From an uncultured Armatimonadia bacterium (GTDB taxonomy: Bacteria; Armatimonadota; Zipacnadia; CAVVLO01), in contig CAVVLO010000001.1 of the NCBI GenBank assembly GCA_963749155.1, positions 608,001-672,000 of the forward strand: a stretch of DNA of 64,000 bases, written 5' to 3'. Every line of letters starts with the position of its first letter. Position 1 is the first letter of the stretch. The position numbers and the translations under genes were made by a program. Under the pieces are notes generated by a model that was given only the letters and a program-made list of their open reading frames with translations, was not told the origin of the DNA and ran no database searches. Positions 1 to 9,656 of this stretch are shown here, in pieces.

Positions 1-128
1 AGGTTATCCCCGTGGTAAAGATTGATGGGCGCCCAATTGGAGAAGGTCAGGTAGGCTCGATCACCAAAGAGCTTATTCAGGCTTTCCGCCAGCTAGTAGT
101 GAGCGAGGGGTATCCAGTTTACGACTAG
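1..128 (+). CDS. ilvE: Branched-chain amino acid aminotransferase, 3' end (truncated by window start)
   Basis: Manual translation from position 3 gives VIPVVKIDGRPIGEGQVGSITKELIQAFRQLV...YD*, the typical C-terminus of class IV PLP aminotransferases. Stop TAG at 126-128. Confidence 0.8.
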   Translation, partial: VIPVVKIDGRPIGEGQVGSITKELIQAFRQLVVSEGYPVYD

Positions 129-151
129 AATGGGAAGACGAGGCTGCCAGA

Positions 152-628
152 TTGTTGTGTGAGGTTTGTGGCAAGGCCAAGGCCGTAGTGGTAATCCGCT
201 TCCTGCTGGAGGGCAAGGAGAACACTGTCCATGCCTGTCGCAAATGCAGCGCGCAGGTTATGGCGGTAGGACTGGAGGCGCTTTCTGGCACATCTGCCGA
301 GGGGGCCAGGCCGAAGGTTGAGGAGCAGGAATACTGCCCTCGTTGCAAGGCCTTGCTCACCCTGGGAGAGGCCGGTCAGTTGCCTGTACTCGGCTGCCCT
401 GACTGTTACGACTATCTACCCGAGGCGACTCGCAAGAGACTGGCTGAATGCCAGGGCGCCGTTCGGCACCTTCCGATTGAACTGGTTGCCTCAGAGGCTG
501 GAGGCGAGTTAGCCTCGCTGCTGCTTGAGTACCAACTCGCTATCACTCAGGAAGACTACGAGCGGGCCGAGGAATTGCGAGTACGACTTGAGCAGGAGAA
601 GCCGGTCGAAGACGGCGATAACAGATGA
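152..628 (+). CDS. mcsA: McsA-like protein-arginine kinase activator (four CxxC motifs plus UVR domain)
   Basis: CEVC, CRKC, CPRC and LGCPDCY motifs, a C-terminal UVR helix (AITQEDYERAEELR), and position directly before mcsB-clpC. Confidence 0.88.
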   Translation: MLCEVCGKAKAVVVIRFLLEGKENTVHACRKCSAQVMAVGLEALSGTSAEGARPKVEEQEYCPRCKALLTLGEAGQLPVLGCPDCYDYLPEATRKRLAECQGAVRHLPIELVASEAGGELASLLLEYQLAITQEDYERAEELRVRLEQEKPVEDGDNR

Positions 629-1671
629 GCGCTTCTGAGACTGGTCTAAAGGGGCCGCTCAGGGCATATGTTGCGAGGCTCATTGCATCAGAGGGCCCTG
701 GGATCGTTGCCCGGAAGCAAGCTCGAGTCCACCGCAACGTGGCAGGACTACGATTTCCCGCATCGGCTGCGCCTGATGAGCTGGCAGAACTCACCGCGCG
801 ACTGCTTGAGCTTGTGAAATCTCCCGAGTCTCCACTTCCTCTGGCTGGCTGGTGGGCGGACGAACTGCCGGTGCCAGAGCAACGCTTGCTAGCCCAACTG
901 GGACTGGTTTCCGAAAGTACTGGCGCCTCTGCGATTGCGCTTGACCAGGAAGGAAGAGTCGCTGTCGCGCTGCAGCAGTCCGATCACGTAGAGTTGGCTG
1001 TGCCTCTTGTGCCGGGAGAGGAAGCGGCAGCACTGGCTCTCCTCGGCAAGTTGGAGAACTGGCTCGAGGAGCAGGTCGGATTTGCGATATCCGCCGAGTT
1101 TGGTTATCTGACAAGTGAGCCATACCTGGTAGGCACAGGCTTCAGAGTCAGTTTTCAGGCGTTACTGACCGCTGTAGGCGCCCTGGAAGAAGTCGCACAA
1201 GCCAGACGTGAAGCCGAACACGCAGGTTGCGTGCTGGTGCAGCGACCGCCGGATGATGATTTTGCTGCGTATTTTCAAGTCGCCAGCCGCCAGAGCCTTG
1301 GCCTAGGCGAGGAGAAAACACTTGAGTTGATAGACGGGTTGGCTGGCGAACTGACAGCCCAGGAATTGAGAGCGCGGGAACACCTGCAGGCTTCAGAGCG
1401 TCTTAACTATGAGGACACAGTGTACCGAGCCTGGGGCCTGCTTACCAATTGCCGGCTGCTGGATGAACAGGAAGCCTTGCAGTTGCTTGCGGATTTAAGT
1501 CTTGGGGCCGGAATGCCGAACCCCTTGTATGTAGATGGCGGGCTGATTCAGGAGCTAGCTTTCAAGGTGCAGGCGGCCTGGCTCGAGTTCGAAGCAGGAG
1601 AAGAACTCGAGCCTGCAGAGGCTGATTGGCGAAGAGCTATAATGGTTCGCCAGGCTTTCGGGATGGTATAA
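625..1671 (+). CDS. mcsB: McsB-like ATP:guanido phosphotransferase homolog with degenerate catalytic motifs
   Basis: ARVHRNVAGLRFP, FGYLTSEPYLVGTGFRVS, QSLG and EDTVYRAWGLL match the McsB scaffold. Syntenic between mcsA and clpC. Confidence 0.85.
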   Translation: MSASETGLKGPLRAYVARLIASEGPGIVARKQARVHRNVAGLRFPASAAPDELAELTARLLELVKSPESPLPLAGWWADELPVPEQRLLAQLGLVSESTGASAIALDQEGRVAVALQQSDHVELAVPLVPGEEAAALALLGKLENWLEEQVGFAISAEFGYLTSEPYLVGTGFRVSFQALLTAVGALEEVAQARREAEHAGCVLVQRPPDDDFAAYFQVASRQSLGLGEEKTLELIDGLAGELTAQELRAREHLQASERLNYEDTVYRAWGLLTNCRLLDEQEALQLLADLSLGAGMPNPLYVDGGLIQELAFKVQAAWLEFEAGEELEPAEADWRRAIMVRQAFGMV

Positions 1672-1775
1672 TCAAAGAGACAGGATGCAAGAGGCCACGC
1701 AAGCCCGTCGCGACACCCTTTTTCTAAGTGACGGTTGAGTTACAGGCCCCTCTCGTCTTGTGGAGGGACATAGGG

Positions 1776-4248
1776 ATGCAAATGTGGGAGATGTTTACAG
1801 AGAAGGCCAAGAGAGCGGTTGTAGCCGCTCCGGAGGAGGCCCGGCGCGTTGGCAGCGCCCAGGCCGACACGGAGCACCTGCTGCTTGGCATTCTGAAAGA
1901 GGACGATAGCGGCGCTGCTGCCATCCTGGAGCGGCTTGAAGTAGACACGGATCTGCTAACCCAGGAAGTCGAGGCGCAGAGCGAGACCACGGCACGTTTT
2001 CCCGTTGAGGGGAGTGTGCCGCTCTCTCCGCGCGCCAAGCATGTGCTGCAGATGGCACTTTCCGAGGCTAAAGGACTTCATCATAACTATATCGGCACCG
2101 AGCATATTCTGCTGGCGCTCGCGCGCGAAGGTCACGGCCTGGCGGCGCGTATACTGCGCGATTTTGGCGTGGACGCCGAGATGGTGCAGAAGGAGATAGT
2201 CGAGTATCTGGGTACCGGCAAGCCAGTAAAGTCGGGCGAATCACGTTCTGATACTCCAGTGGTGGACCAGTTCAGCCGAGATCTGTGCAAGCTGGCCAAG
2301 CAGGGCGAACTGGATCCGGTCATCGGTCGGGACGCCGAGATTGAGAGGATTATCCAGATACTGGCTCGGCGCACGAAAAATAATCCTTGTCTAATTGGCG
2401 CTCCTGGCGTTGGCAAGACGGCCATCGTCGAAGGGCTTGCGCAGCGCATAATCGCAGGCGACGTACCCGAACCGCTCAAAAACAAGCGGGTAGTGGCACT
2501 GGATTTGGCTTCGGTAGTCGCGGGCACCAAATACCGGGGCGAATTCGAAGAGCGACTCAAGAAGATAATGGACGAAGTGCGCGCCGCGGGCAAGACCGTC
2601 ATCTGCTTTATTGACGAGTTGCATACGCTGGTCGGAGCTGGCGCGGCTGAGGGCGCTATGGACGCCTCCAACATACTGCGTCCAGCGCTTGCGCGCGGCG
2701 AGATGCGTTGTATCGGCGCGACGACGATGGACGAATATCGCAAGTATATCGAGAAGAACCCCTCACTCGAGCGTCGCTTCCAGGCAGTGCAGGTGCGCGA
2801 ACCGACAGTTGATGAGACTATAGAGATAATCCGGGGCCTGCGCGAGAGTTACGAGCAGCACCATGGGGTGCGTATCTCGGACGAGGCTATCTCGGCTGCG
2901 ACCAAGCTTTCGCAGCGATACATCACCGACAGAGCCTTGCCTGACAAGGGCATAGACGTCATTGATGAGGCGTGCTCGCGCGTGATGCTGAAGTGGGCCA
3001 TGCCTCCTGCAGAATTGCGGGGCAAGGTGAAGGAGCATTCTCGGCTCGTTCGCGAGAAGGAGCTGGCGGTACGCCAGAACGAGTTCAAGCGCGCCGGCCG
3101 GCTGCGTGACAAGCAGCGAGAGCTGGAGAGCGAAATCGAATTCGAGACTGAGTCATGGCGCGAAGCCGGAGAGAAAGCCGAGAAAGTCGTCGGCATCGAG
3201 GCCGTCGCCGAGGTAGTCTCGGGGTGGACTGGAATCCCCGTGAAGGCGCTTTCGATCGAAGAGATGCAGAATCTCCTGCGGATGGAAGAGGCGCTTCACA
3301 AGCGGGTTGTGGGTCAGGAAGAGGCAATCGGGACGGTATCCAGGGCTATCCGGCGCAGCTATGCGAAGGTAAAAGACCCAAGCCGGCCTATTGGCTCCTT
3401 TATGTTCCTGGGTCCGACGGGCGTGGGTAAGACCTTGCTGGCGCGCGCGCTGGCCGAATTTCTTTTCAACGATGACTCCGCGATGGTGCGGATAGATATG
3501 TCCGAGTATACGGAACGGTTCTCCGTGTCGCGACTGGTCGGCGCGCCTCCTGGTTATGTGGGATACGATGAAGGCGGCCAACTGACCGAGTCGGTGCGGC
3601 GCAGGCCATACTCTGTCATCTTGCTGGATGAGATCGAGAAAGCTCATCCCGACGTGTTCAATATGCTGCTGCAGGTGATGGACGACGGGCGGATGACCGA
3701 CTCGCAAGGCAGAGTCGTCGATTTCAAGAATACAGTAATAATAATGACCAGCAACCTCGGTCTGCACACGACCGACTGGCGCACTCCGCTCGGATTCAGG
3801 AGTGGCAAGAGCGATCAGCAGGAGAGTCGCGATTACGATGATATGAAGTCGAAGGTACTGGAGTCCGTAAAGAAGACTTTCAGGCCCGAGTTCCTTGAAT
3901 CGTCTCGATGCGTCGGTAGTCTTTAAGCCGCTGACAAACGAGCAACTGCGCGACATCGTGGAGCTGGAGCTTGCGCGACTTGGCAAGCAACTTTTGGAGC
4001 AGGAACTGACTCTCGTTGTCAGTGATGCCGTGAAGGACAAGCTTGCAGCTGAGGGCTTCGATGCCAACCTGGGGGCTCGTCCACTCAAGCGAGCCATCCA
4101 GCAACTGATCGAAGATCCACTGTCGGAAGCTTTGCTTTCGGGTACCTTCAAGCCAGGCGATGAGGTTGTCTGTTCACTGGAAGGCAGCGCCGTAGTGGTG
4201 AAGCCGCAAGATCAGGAGCCGGTCTGCGCTAGCGAGGAGACTTCGTAA
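1776..4248 (+). CDS. clpC: ATP-dependent Clp protease ATP-binding subunit ClpC (one +1 frame break near 3893)
   Basis: Two Clp-N repeats ([17 protein letters not shown]), NBD1 GAPGVGKT and FIDELH, UVR M-domain, NBD2 GPTGVGKT and [10 protein letters not shown]. The conserved FRPEFLNRLD is split across ORFs 1728..3926 and 3895..4248. SD GGAGG at 1762 favours ATG 1776 or 1782. Confidence 0.95.
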
Positions 4249-4279
4249 TCTAAGCGTTTACAAGAGGTAGTGCCACTTA

Positions 4280-5656
4280 ATGGCCAAAGCGACCAGGCAG
4301 TTTGTCTGTCAACAATGCGGACATGTGATGGCCAAGTGGATGGGACGTTGCCCCGAATGTGACGAATGGGAATCCATCGTCGAAGAGACACGTCCAGGGG
4401 CAGATCCACGCAGAGATGCAGGCAGTGGACTCGCATCGCCCGCAAGGGCGGTCAGACTGGGCGATGTAAGCCTTGATGACTCAGAGCGCCTTGTAACGGG
4501 TATACGTGAACTCGACCAGGTACTTGGCGGCGGCCTGGTGCCAGGATCGGTGATATTACTAGCTGGAGAGCCAGGGATTGGAAAATCCACCCTGGCTCTT
4601 CAATTTGGGGTACAGCTTCTTGCGCAAGGCAAGTCGGTGCTCTATATCTCGGCAGAAGAATCGGTTAGCCAGCTTAGACTTCGCTCTGAGCGCCTCGAAC
4701 TGACCGCGAACGAGTTGCTTACCCTCTCCGAGATAGACCTCGATATGGCGCTGCAGGCGGCGGCTCAGCTTGCCCCTGACGTGCTGGTTATCGATTCCAT
4801 CCAGGCGGTCTACGATCCAGGGCTTGAAAGTGCCCCTTCGACTCTCTCCCAGGTACGCCAGACCGCCAACCGGATAGCCCAGTTTGCCAAGCGGACCGGC
4901 ACAGTCGCGGTGTTGATTGGGCATGTCACCAAAGAAGGCTCAATCGCTGGTCCCAAAACACTGGAGCACCTGGTGGATGTGGTGTTGTATTTCGAGGGGG
5001 AGCGAACCAGCAGCTATCGGATGCTGCGCGGAATGAAGAACCGATTTGGTTCTACCGAAGAGCTAGGGCTGTTCGAGATGACCGAGCGAGGGATGATAGA
5101 GGTCACAAACGCGTCGGCGCTGTTTCTTGCTAACAGGGCAAAGGCTGTGTCAGGCAGCATCGTGACGTGTACAATGGAAGGTACCAGACCACTGCTGGTC
5201 GAGTTGCAGGCGCTCACCTCGTCCAGTTGGGCAGGCAGCGCCAGACGCCTTCTGGCAGGGATAGACTACGGGCGCGGCAGTCTAATGATAGCTGTGCTGG
5301 AGAAACGCGTAGGGCTCAGCCTGGTCGATCAGGATGTCTATGTGAACGTTGCAGGTGGCTTGAAAGTGACGGAACCGGCAAGCGACCTGGCAGTATTACT
5401 AGCAATTGCGTCAAGTTACAGGGATGTTTCAGTCAACGGCGAATTGATTGCTGTGGGGGAGGTCGGGCTTGCTGGGGAAGTCCGGCCAATACCGAAACTC
5501 GGACGGCGCCTGACGGAGGCGCAGAAACTGGGTTTTAAGGAGGCGCTAATCCCGGCGGCTAGCCTGAACACCGCGCTTAAGAGCGAATTTCGCTCTATAA
5601 AGTTACGAGGGGTGGCCACCGCCGAGGAAGCCTTGCAGCAGGCCGTAAGCAGATAG
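4280..5656 (+). CDS. radA: DNA repair protein RadA/Sms
   Basis: N-terminal CxxC...CPxC zinc finger, GEPGIGKST Walker A, KNRFG motif, C-terminal Lon-like domain GEVGLAGEVR. Confidence 0.97.
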   Translation: MAKATRQFVCQQCGHVMAKWMGRCPECDEWESIVEETRPGADPRRDAGSGLASPARAVRLGDVSLDDSERLVTGIRELDQVLGGGLVPGSVILLAGEPGIGKSTLALQFGVQLLAQGKSVLYISAEESVSQLRLRSERLELTANELLTLSEIDLDMALQAAAQLAPDVLVIDSIQAVYDPGLESAPSTLSQVRQTANRIAQFAKRTGTVAVLIGHVTKEGSIAGPKTLEHLVDVVLYFEGERTSSYRMLRGMKNRFGSTEELGLFEMTERGMIEVTNASALFLANRAKAVSGSIVTCTMEGTRPLLVELQALTSSSWAGSARRLLAGIDYGRGSLMIAVLEKRVGLSLVDQDVYVNVAGGLKVTEPASDLAVLLAIASSYRDVSVNGELIAVGEVGLAGEVRPIPKLGRRLTEAQKLGFKEALIPAASLNTALKSEFRSIKLRGVATAEEALQQAVSR

Positions 5657-5672
5657 TATAGGGGGGAAGCTT

Positions 5673-6797
5673 ATGGGGCTCAAAGCAGCTTTTACAGTTT
5701 ACGCACTAGGCTTCATCGTAGTCTTGGGACTTGTAGGACTGAATGTAGCCCAGAACTATCAAAATACCTTTGCCACACCTTCAGACCAATGGGCACTAGC
5801 CCTGGCTTGCTCGCTGGTTGGCTTCGTGTTCGGCGCGTACAGCTTCAATAAACTCGTAATTGTCTTCCAGAATATGGGCAAGATGGCTCTGAGAGATCGC
5901 ATCCTCGGAGTGTTAGGGCTTTCACTTGGCGCTTTGCTTGCTTTCCTGCTGATGCCTTTGGTGCAAAACGCTGGCGACCTGGCAACCCCACTTTCTTTGC
6001 TAATGGTTATTGTGCTGGTCTTTGTGGCTATCGGTTTCGCTCTCAGTATGCGCGATGAGATAGTGCGCATCTTCCCACGGCTTGATGAGGTCGACCATGA
6101 ATCTTCCGCAGCAGTGAAGTTGCTGGATACCAATGTAATTATTGATGGACGGATTCTGGATGTCTGGGAGACGGGTTTCCTGGAAGGGCCGATGCAGGTG
6201 CCAGATTTTGTTTTGGCGGAGCTACAGCATATCGCAGATTCGGCCGATGATCTTAAGCGGTCACGCGGAAGGCGGGGGCTGGAGATCCTGAGAGAACTCC
6301 AGAAGAAGAGCGCAGGCCGGGTAACCATACTCAGCAAATATCCCTCAGAGGCCAACTCGAAGGAGGCGGTCGACCTGCGGCTGGTCAAGCTGGCCAAAGC
6401 AATAGGCGCCTCCATTGTGACCAATGATTTTGGTCTGAACCAGGTGGCCAGCCTGCATGCGGTGACTGTGCTCAACATCAACGAGCTGGCAAACTCGCTC
6501 AAGCCTGTTGTTTTACCTGGCGAGGTGATGGTGGTCACAATAGTGCGGCATGGCAAAGGCCCCAAACAGGGGGTTGGCTATCTGGACGATGGCACTATGG
6601 TTGTTATCGAAGGGGCTCGAGAGCATATCGGCGATACCCTGGAGGCGACTGTTACCAGCGTCATACAGACAGTAGCTGGCAAGATGATATTCGCCGATAT
6701 CAATCCCGAAAGTCTCAACAAGGAACTCACGGATGCCGAGCAAAATATCAGCAGTTATTCCGGCAGCAGGTCAAGGAAGCCGGGCGGGCAACAATAA
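5673..6797 (+). CDS. yacL: Membrane PIN/TRAM domain protein (YacL family)
   Basis: Four N-terminal TM segments, PIN motifs LDTNVIIDGRI and VTND, TRAM motif QGVGYLDDGTMVVIE. Classic radA-yacL-ispD synteny. Confidence 0.92.
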   Translation: MGLKAAFTVYALGFIVVLGLVGLNVAQNYQNTFATPSDQWALALACSLVGFVFGAYSFNKLVIVFQNMGKMALRDRILGVLGLSLGALLAFLLMPLVQNAGDLATPLSLLMVIVLVFVAIGFALSMRDEIVRIFPRLDEVDHESSAAVKLLDTNVIIDGRILDVWETGFLEGPMQVPDFVLAELQHIADSADDLKRSRGRRGLEILRELQKKSAGRVTILSKYPSEANSKEAVDLRLVKLAKAIGASIVTNDFGLNQVASLHAVTVLNINELANSLKPVVLPGEVMVVTIVRHGKGPKQGVGYLDDGTMVVIEGAREHIGDTLEATVTSVIQTVAGKMIFADINPESLNKELTDAEQNISSYSGSRSRKPGGQQ

Positions 6798-7425
6798 CGG
6801 CAAGTTGCTTGTGCCGGTGGCTGGTCGGCCACTTGTGGGATGGACTTTCAGAGCTTTGGCCAAATGGACGGCACTTGCTGAAGTAGTGATCGCGGTGCGC
6901 GCCGAAGAAAAAAACGAATTCGAGCAGTTGTGCGCCGAAGAACTTCACGACCTGGACTGGCGCCTCATCGAAGGGGGCGCCACAAGAACCGAATCGGTGG
7001 GCAAGGCAGTCGCCGCTTGCAGGCCCGAGGCTGAGCTGATTGTTATTCACGATGCCGCAAGACCGCTGGTCAGCGTGGCCACCCTTGAGCAAGCCGCAGA
7101 ACTGGCGTTTGAATATGGAGGCGCTGTAGCCTGCCACAGGCCAGCCGACGCCTTGCGTATGGTAGATGCCGAGGGCTTTATGACAGGCACTCTCGACCGA
7201 GACTCAGTGCGTGCGGTGCAGACCCCTCAGGCCTTCCGGGCTGTGGCGATTAGAGAAGCCTACGCTGAAGCGCTGGCGTCCGGCCAGGAAGCCCACGATG
7301 ATGCCGAGTTGCTTTTTACCCGAGGCTGCAAGGTAAAGCTTTTCAACTCGAGCGAACCCAATCCCAAAGTCACCTATCCTGAAGATTTTGAGTTGCTGGC
7401 CAGGCTGCTCGAGGTGCGCCAATGA
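6733..7425 (+). CDS. ispD: 2-C-methyl-D-erythritol 4-phosphate cytidylyltransferase
   Basis: AVIPAAGQGSR, GGATR, IHDAARP, VQTPQAF and KVTYPED motifs. Confidence 0.95.
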   Translation: MPSKISAVIPAAGQGSRAGNNNGKLLVPVAGRPLVGWTFRALAKWTALAEVVIAVRAEEKNEFEQLCAEELHDLDWRLIEGGATRTESVGKAVAACRPEAELIVIHDAARPLVSVATLEQAAELAFEYGGAVACHRPADALRMVDAEGFMTGTLDRDSVRAVQTPQAFRAVAIREAYAEALASGQEAHDDAELLFTRGCKVKLFNSSEPNPKVTYPEDFELLARLLEVRQ

Positions 7426-7931
7426 GTGGGATTCTACCCTTCAGACTAGGCATCGGCGATGACTTGCACCGGCTTGAAGTCGGTCGTAGACTGATATTAG
7501 GAGGGATTGAGATTCCCTTCGAGAAGGGCCTTGCAGGTCACTCGGATGCCGATGTATTGATCCACGCGGTTATCGATGCGCTAACAGGAGCAGCAGGTCT
7601 GCCCGATATCGGCCAGCTTTTTCCTGACACGGAAGCCAGGTGGAAAGACGCCAGTAGCGCAACTTTGCTTGAGCTGGTAGTCAAACAAGTAGAGGAAGCA
7701 GGTTTCAGACCTGCCCAGGTGGAAGTCATAATTCACGCCCAGGCGCCGAAGCTTGCTCCTTATAAAAAGGCGATATGCGAGCGGATGGCCGACTTGCTTG
7801 GGATAAAAGAGGAAGACTTCAACGTTAAAGCCAAGACAGGAGAAGGCCTTGGCGAAGTGGGACGAGGCGAGGTGATAAGCGCTCAAGCGCTGTGTGTAGT
7901 TGTCCGGGACTGCCAGCACGATGCAGACTAA
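7422..7931 (+). CDS. ispF: 2-C-methyl-D-erythritol 2,4-cyclodiphosphate synthase
   Basis: GxGxDLH, GHSDADVLIHAVIDA, DIGQLFP and NVKAKTGEGLG motifs. Confidence 0.96.
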   Translation: MSGILPFRLGIGDDLHRLEVGRRLILGGIEIPFEKGLAGHSDADVLIHAVIDALTGAAGLPDIGQLFPDTEARWKDASSATLLELVVKQVEEAGFRPAQVEVIIHAQAPKLAPYKKAICERMADLLGIKEEDFNVKAKTGEGLGEVGRGEVISAQALCVVVRDCQHDAD

Positions 7932-7945
7932 TTGGGGGTGACGGG

Positions 7946-8482
7946 ATGGAGATCCAATATATTACAAAAGATTTCAACCTGACTCCGATGTACGAGGAAT
8001 ACGCGACCAAACGCCTCACTCGACTCGAGCGCTATGCGCTTGGAGAAGACGTCGAGGCTACCGCCCACATCCGGGAAACCCGAGGAAGGGTTTTGCTGGA
8101 GGTAACCTTCCTGCTGAAGGGGCGCACTTTTCGCGCCGAAGATGCCGCCGATGATTTGCGCTCCGCCGTCGACCTGGTCAGCGAGAAGCTCGAGAGGCAA
8201 CTCACAAAACTCAAGACCAGGCTGAAGCGTCACAAGGGGGGCATCCGTCATCTGGAAGAGGACCAGGAGGAGCCAGAAGAGGCCATCGAGGAGCGAGTCG
8301 AAGAACTGACTCCGCTCCGAGTCAAGCAGCTCGCGCTGGTGCCCCTGGACATCCAGAGTGCTATCGAAGCGATGGAGCAGGTGGACCACGATTTCTACGT
8401 TTTTCGCAATGCGGAAAACAGCAAAGTGAGCGTGGTGTATAAGCGTCGCGGCGGGGGATATGGTTTAATAGAGACAGACTAG
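7946..8482 (+). CDS. hpf: Ribosome hibernation promoting factor (long HPF / RaiA)
   Basis: N-domain DLRSAVDLVSEKLERQL and C-domain AIEAMEQVDHDFYVF...VVYKRRGGGYGLIE. ATG at 7946 follows a GGGGGTG SD-like motif. Confidence 0.93.
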   Translation: MEIQYITKDFNLTPMYEEYATKRLTRLERYALGEDVEATAHIRETRGRVLLEVTFLLKGRTFRAEDAADDLRSAVDLVSEKLERQLTKLKTRLKRHKGGIRHLEEDQEEPEEAIEERVEELTPLRVKQLALVPLDIQSAIEAMEQVDHDFYVFRNAENSKVSVVYKRRGGGYGLIETD

Positions 8483-8500
8483 GCCCACCTCGGACGTGAG

Positions 8501-8854
8501 GTGCAGATGGCGCGCGATATCGAGTGGCTCAAGGCTGAGGTGCTCAAAGAGTTCGGTGAGGACCTCAGCCGGGCTACTCCTGCGAATGTGCGACAGTTTT
8601 GCTTGCGGCTTTCGCAGGAGCTAGAACCACCCCACGAGCCTGGCGAACCTTGGGAACTGGATACCTTGCACCGGGACAAGGGGTATGTGGATTCGCTCCA
8701 GAGCTTCTACCGAGAGGTGCTGGATTTGCCTCCGGAGCAGGCTGTGGTGCATCTTTGGCTGCGCTGTGTGGAACTTGATTTCGTCACTGCGGCCGATGCG
8801 ATGAAAGACTATTATGTCAGGTATTTTGGCGACCAGGAGCTAGACGAAGACTGA
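8501..8854 (+). CDS. Hypothetical acidic protein
   Basis: 117-aa ORF filling the gap between hpf and tatA. GAGGTG SD-like motif before ATG 8507. No family recognised. Confidence 0.7.
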   Translation: MQMARDIEWLKAEVLKEFGEDLSRATPANVRQFCLRLSQELEPPHEPGEPWELDTLHRDKGYVDSLQSFYREVLDLPPEQAVVHLWLRCVELDFVTAADAMKDYYVRYFGDQELDED

Positions 8855-8870
8855 GTCGCTAATTCGGAGG

Positions 8871-9083
8871 TTGGAACTCTTGTTAGGTTCACTTGGTTGG
8901 TCAGAGATAGTATGGATTCTTATCATAATCTTGTTGCTGTTTGGAGCGAAGAAGCTGCCGGAGCTCGGTCATTCGCTTGGAAGAGGGATGAGAGAGTTCA
9001 AAGATGGCATCTCGGGGCTTACGAAAGATGAGCCTGTGTCGCCCCCGGCGAGCAAGCCTGAGGAAGAGAAGAAGGAGGAATAA
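8871..9083 (+). CDS. tatA: Twin-arginine translocase TatA/E subunit
   Basis: TM helix followed by FGAKKLPELGHSLGRGMREFK. SD GGAGG next to the TTG start. Confidence 0.95.
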   Translation: MELLLGSLGWSEIVWILIIILLLFGAKKLPELGHSLGRGMREFKDGISGLTKDEPVSPPASKPEEEKKEE

Positions 9084-9084
9084 A

Positions 9085-9627
9085 ATGCGCAAGTTGCTTT
9101 CAATAACAATAATCTTGGCGTTGGTCATCGCCGCTTTAGCGCTGGCCAGCGAGACAAATTTGAAAAAAATGTTGCCGACCAATAACGCAATCAGCGGTTG
9201 GGCTGGTATCGCAGAAACTTATATCTACGCCCCCACCGGGCCTTCGATTGTGGATATCTATGATGGCGATGATCAGCGTTACCGGACGCGCGGGGTCGTA
9301 GAGGCCGCGACCAAGACCTATCAAAAGGGTGAGAACTCTACCCTGCAGGTTTTCGTCCATAGAACTGGCACCTGGCAAAACGCCAAGAGCCTGTATGTCC
9401 ACTTCAGGGACAGGACGCCCGATAGCGCTTCGGAAAAGAAGATCGAAGCCAAGAACGACGCCTATCTCTATTATATGCCTGGCCTCACTCAGGCCTATGG
9501 CTGGCGAGGGAAGTACTTCTATTCCTGCAAGACTTATGGTAATTCCGCTGCGGATCGTCAGGCAGCTGAAGCCTTTATCAAGAAGATTGCCCGCGAGGCT
9601 GACAAGCTCGTTCGGCAGGGCCTGTAA
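9085..9627 (+). CDS. Secreted hypothetical protein (possibly DUF6599-like)
   Basis: ATG 9085 after AAGGAGG. Signal peptide MRKLLSITIILALVIAALALA. The DIYDG..Y...GV pattern resembles DUF6599 (weak). Confidence 0.65.
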   Translation: MRKLLSITIILALVIAALALASETNLKKMLPTNNAISGWAGIAETYIYAPTGPSIVDIYDGDDQRYRTRGVVEAATKTYQKGENSTLQVFVHRTGTWQNAKSLYVHFRDRTPDSASEKKIEAKNDAYLYYMPGLTQAYGWRGKYFYSCKTYGNSAADRQAAEAFIKKIAREADKLVRQGL

Positions 9628-9656
9628 GTTTCGGCTGGCCCAGGAGTTGATGGGCC

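Noticed and set aside
3880..3930. Programmed frameshift or split clpC
   Set aside because: There is no slippery heptamer. The break falls inside the invariant PEFLNRLD motif and matches the window-wide +1 error pattern.
6733..6797. 65-nt yacL/ispD overlap as dual coding
   Set aside because: The yacL tail is low-information run-through past the TRAM domain; ordinary operon overlap.
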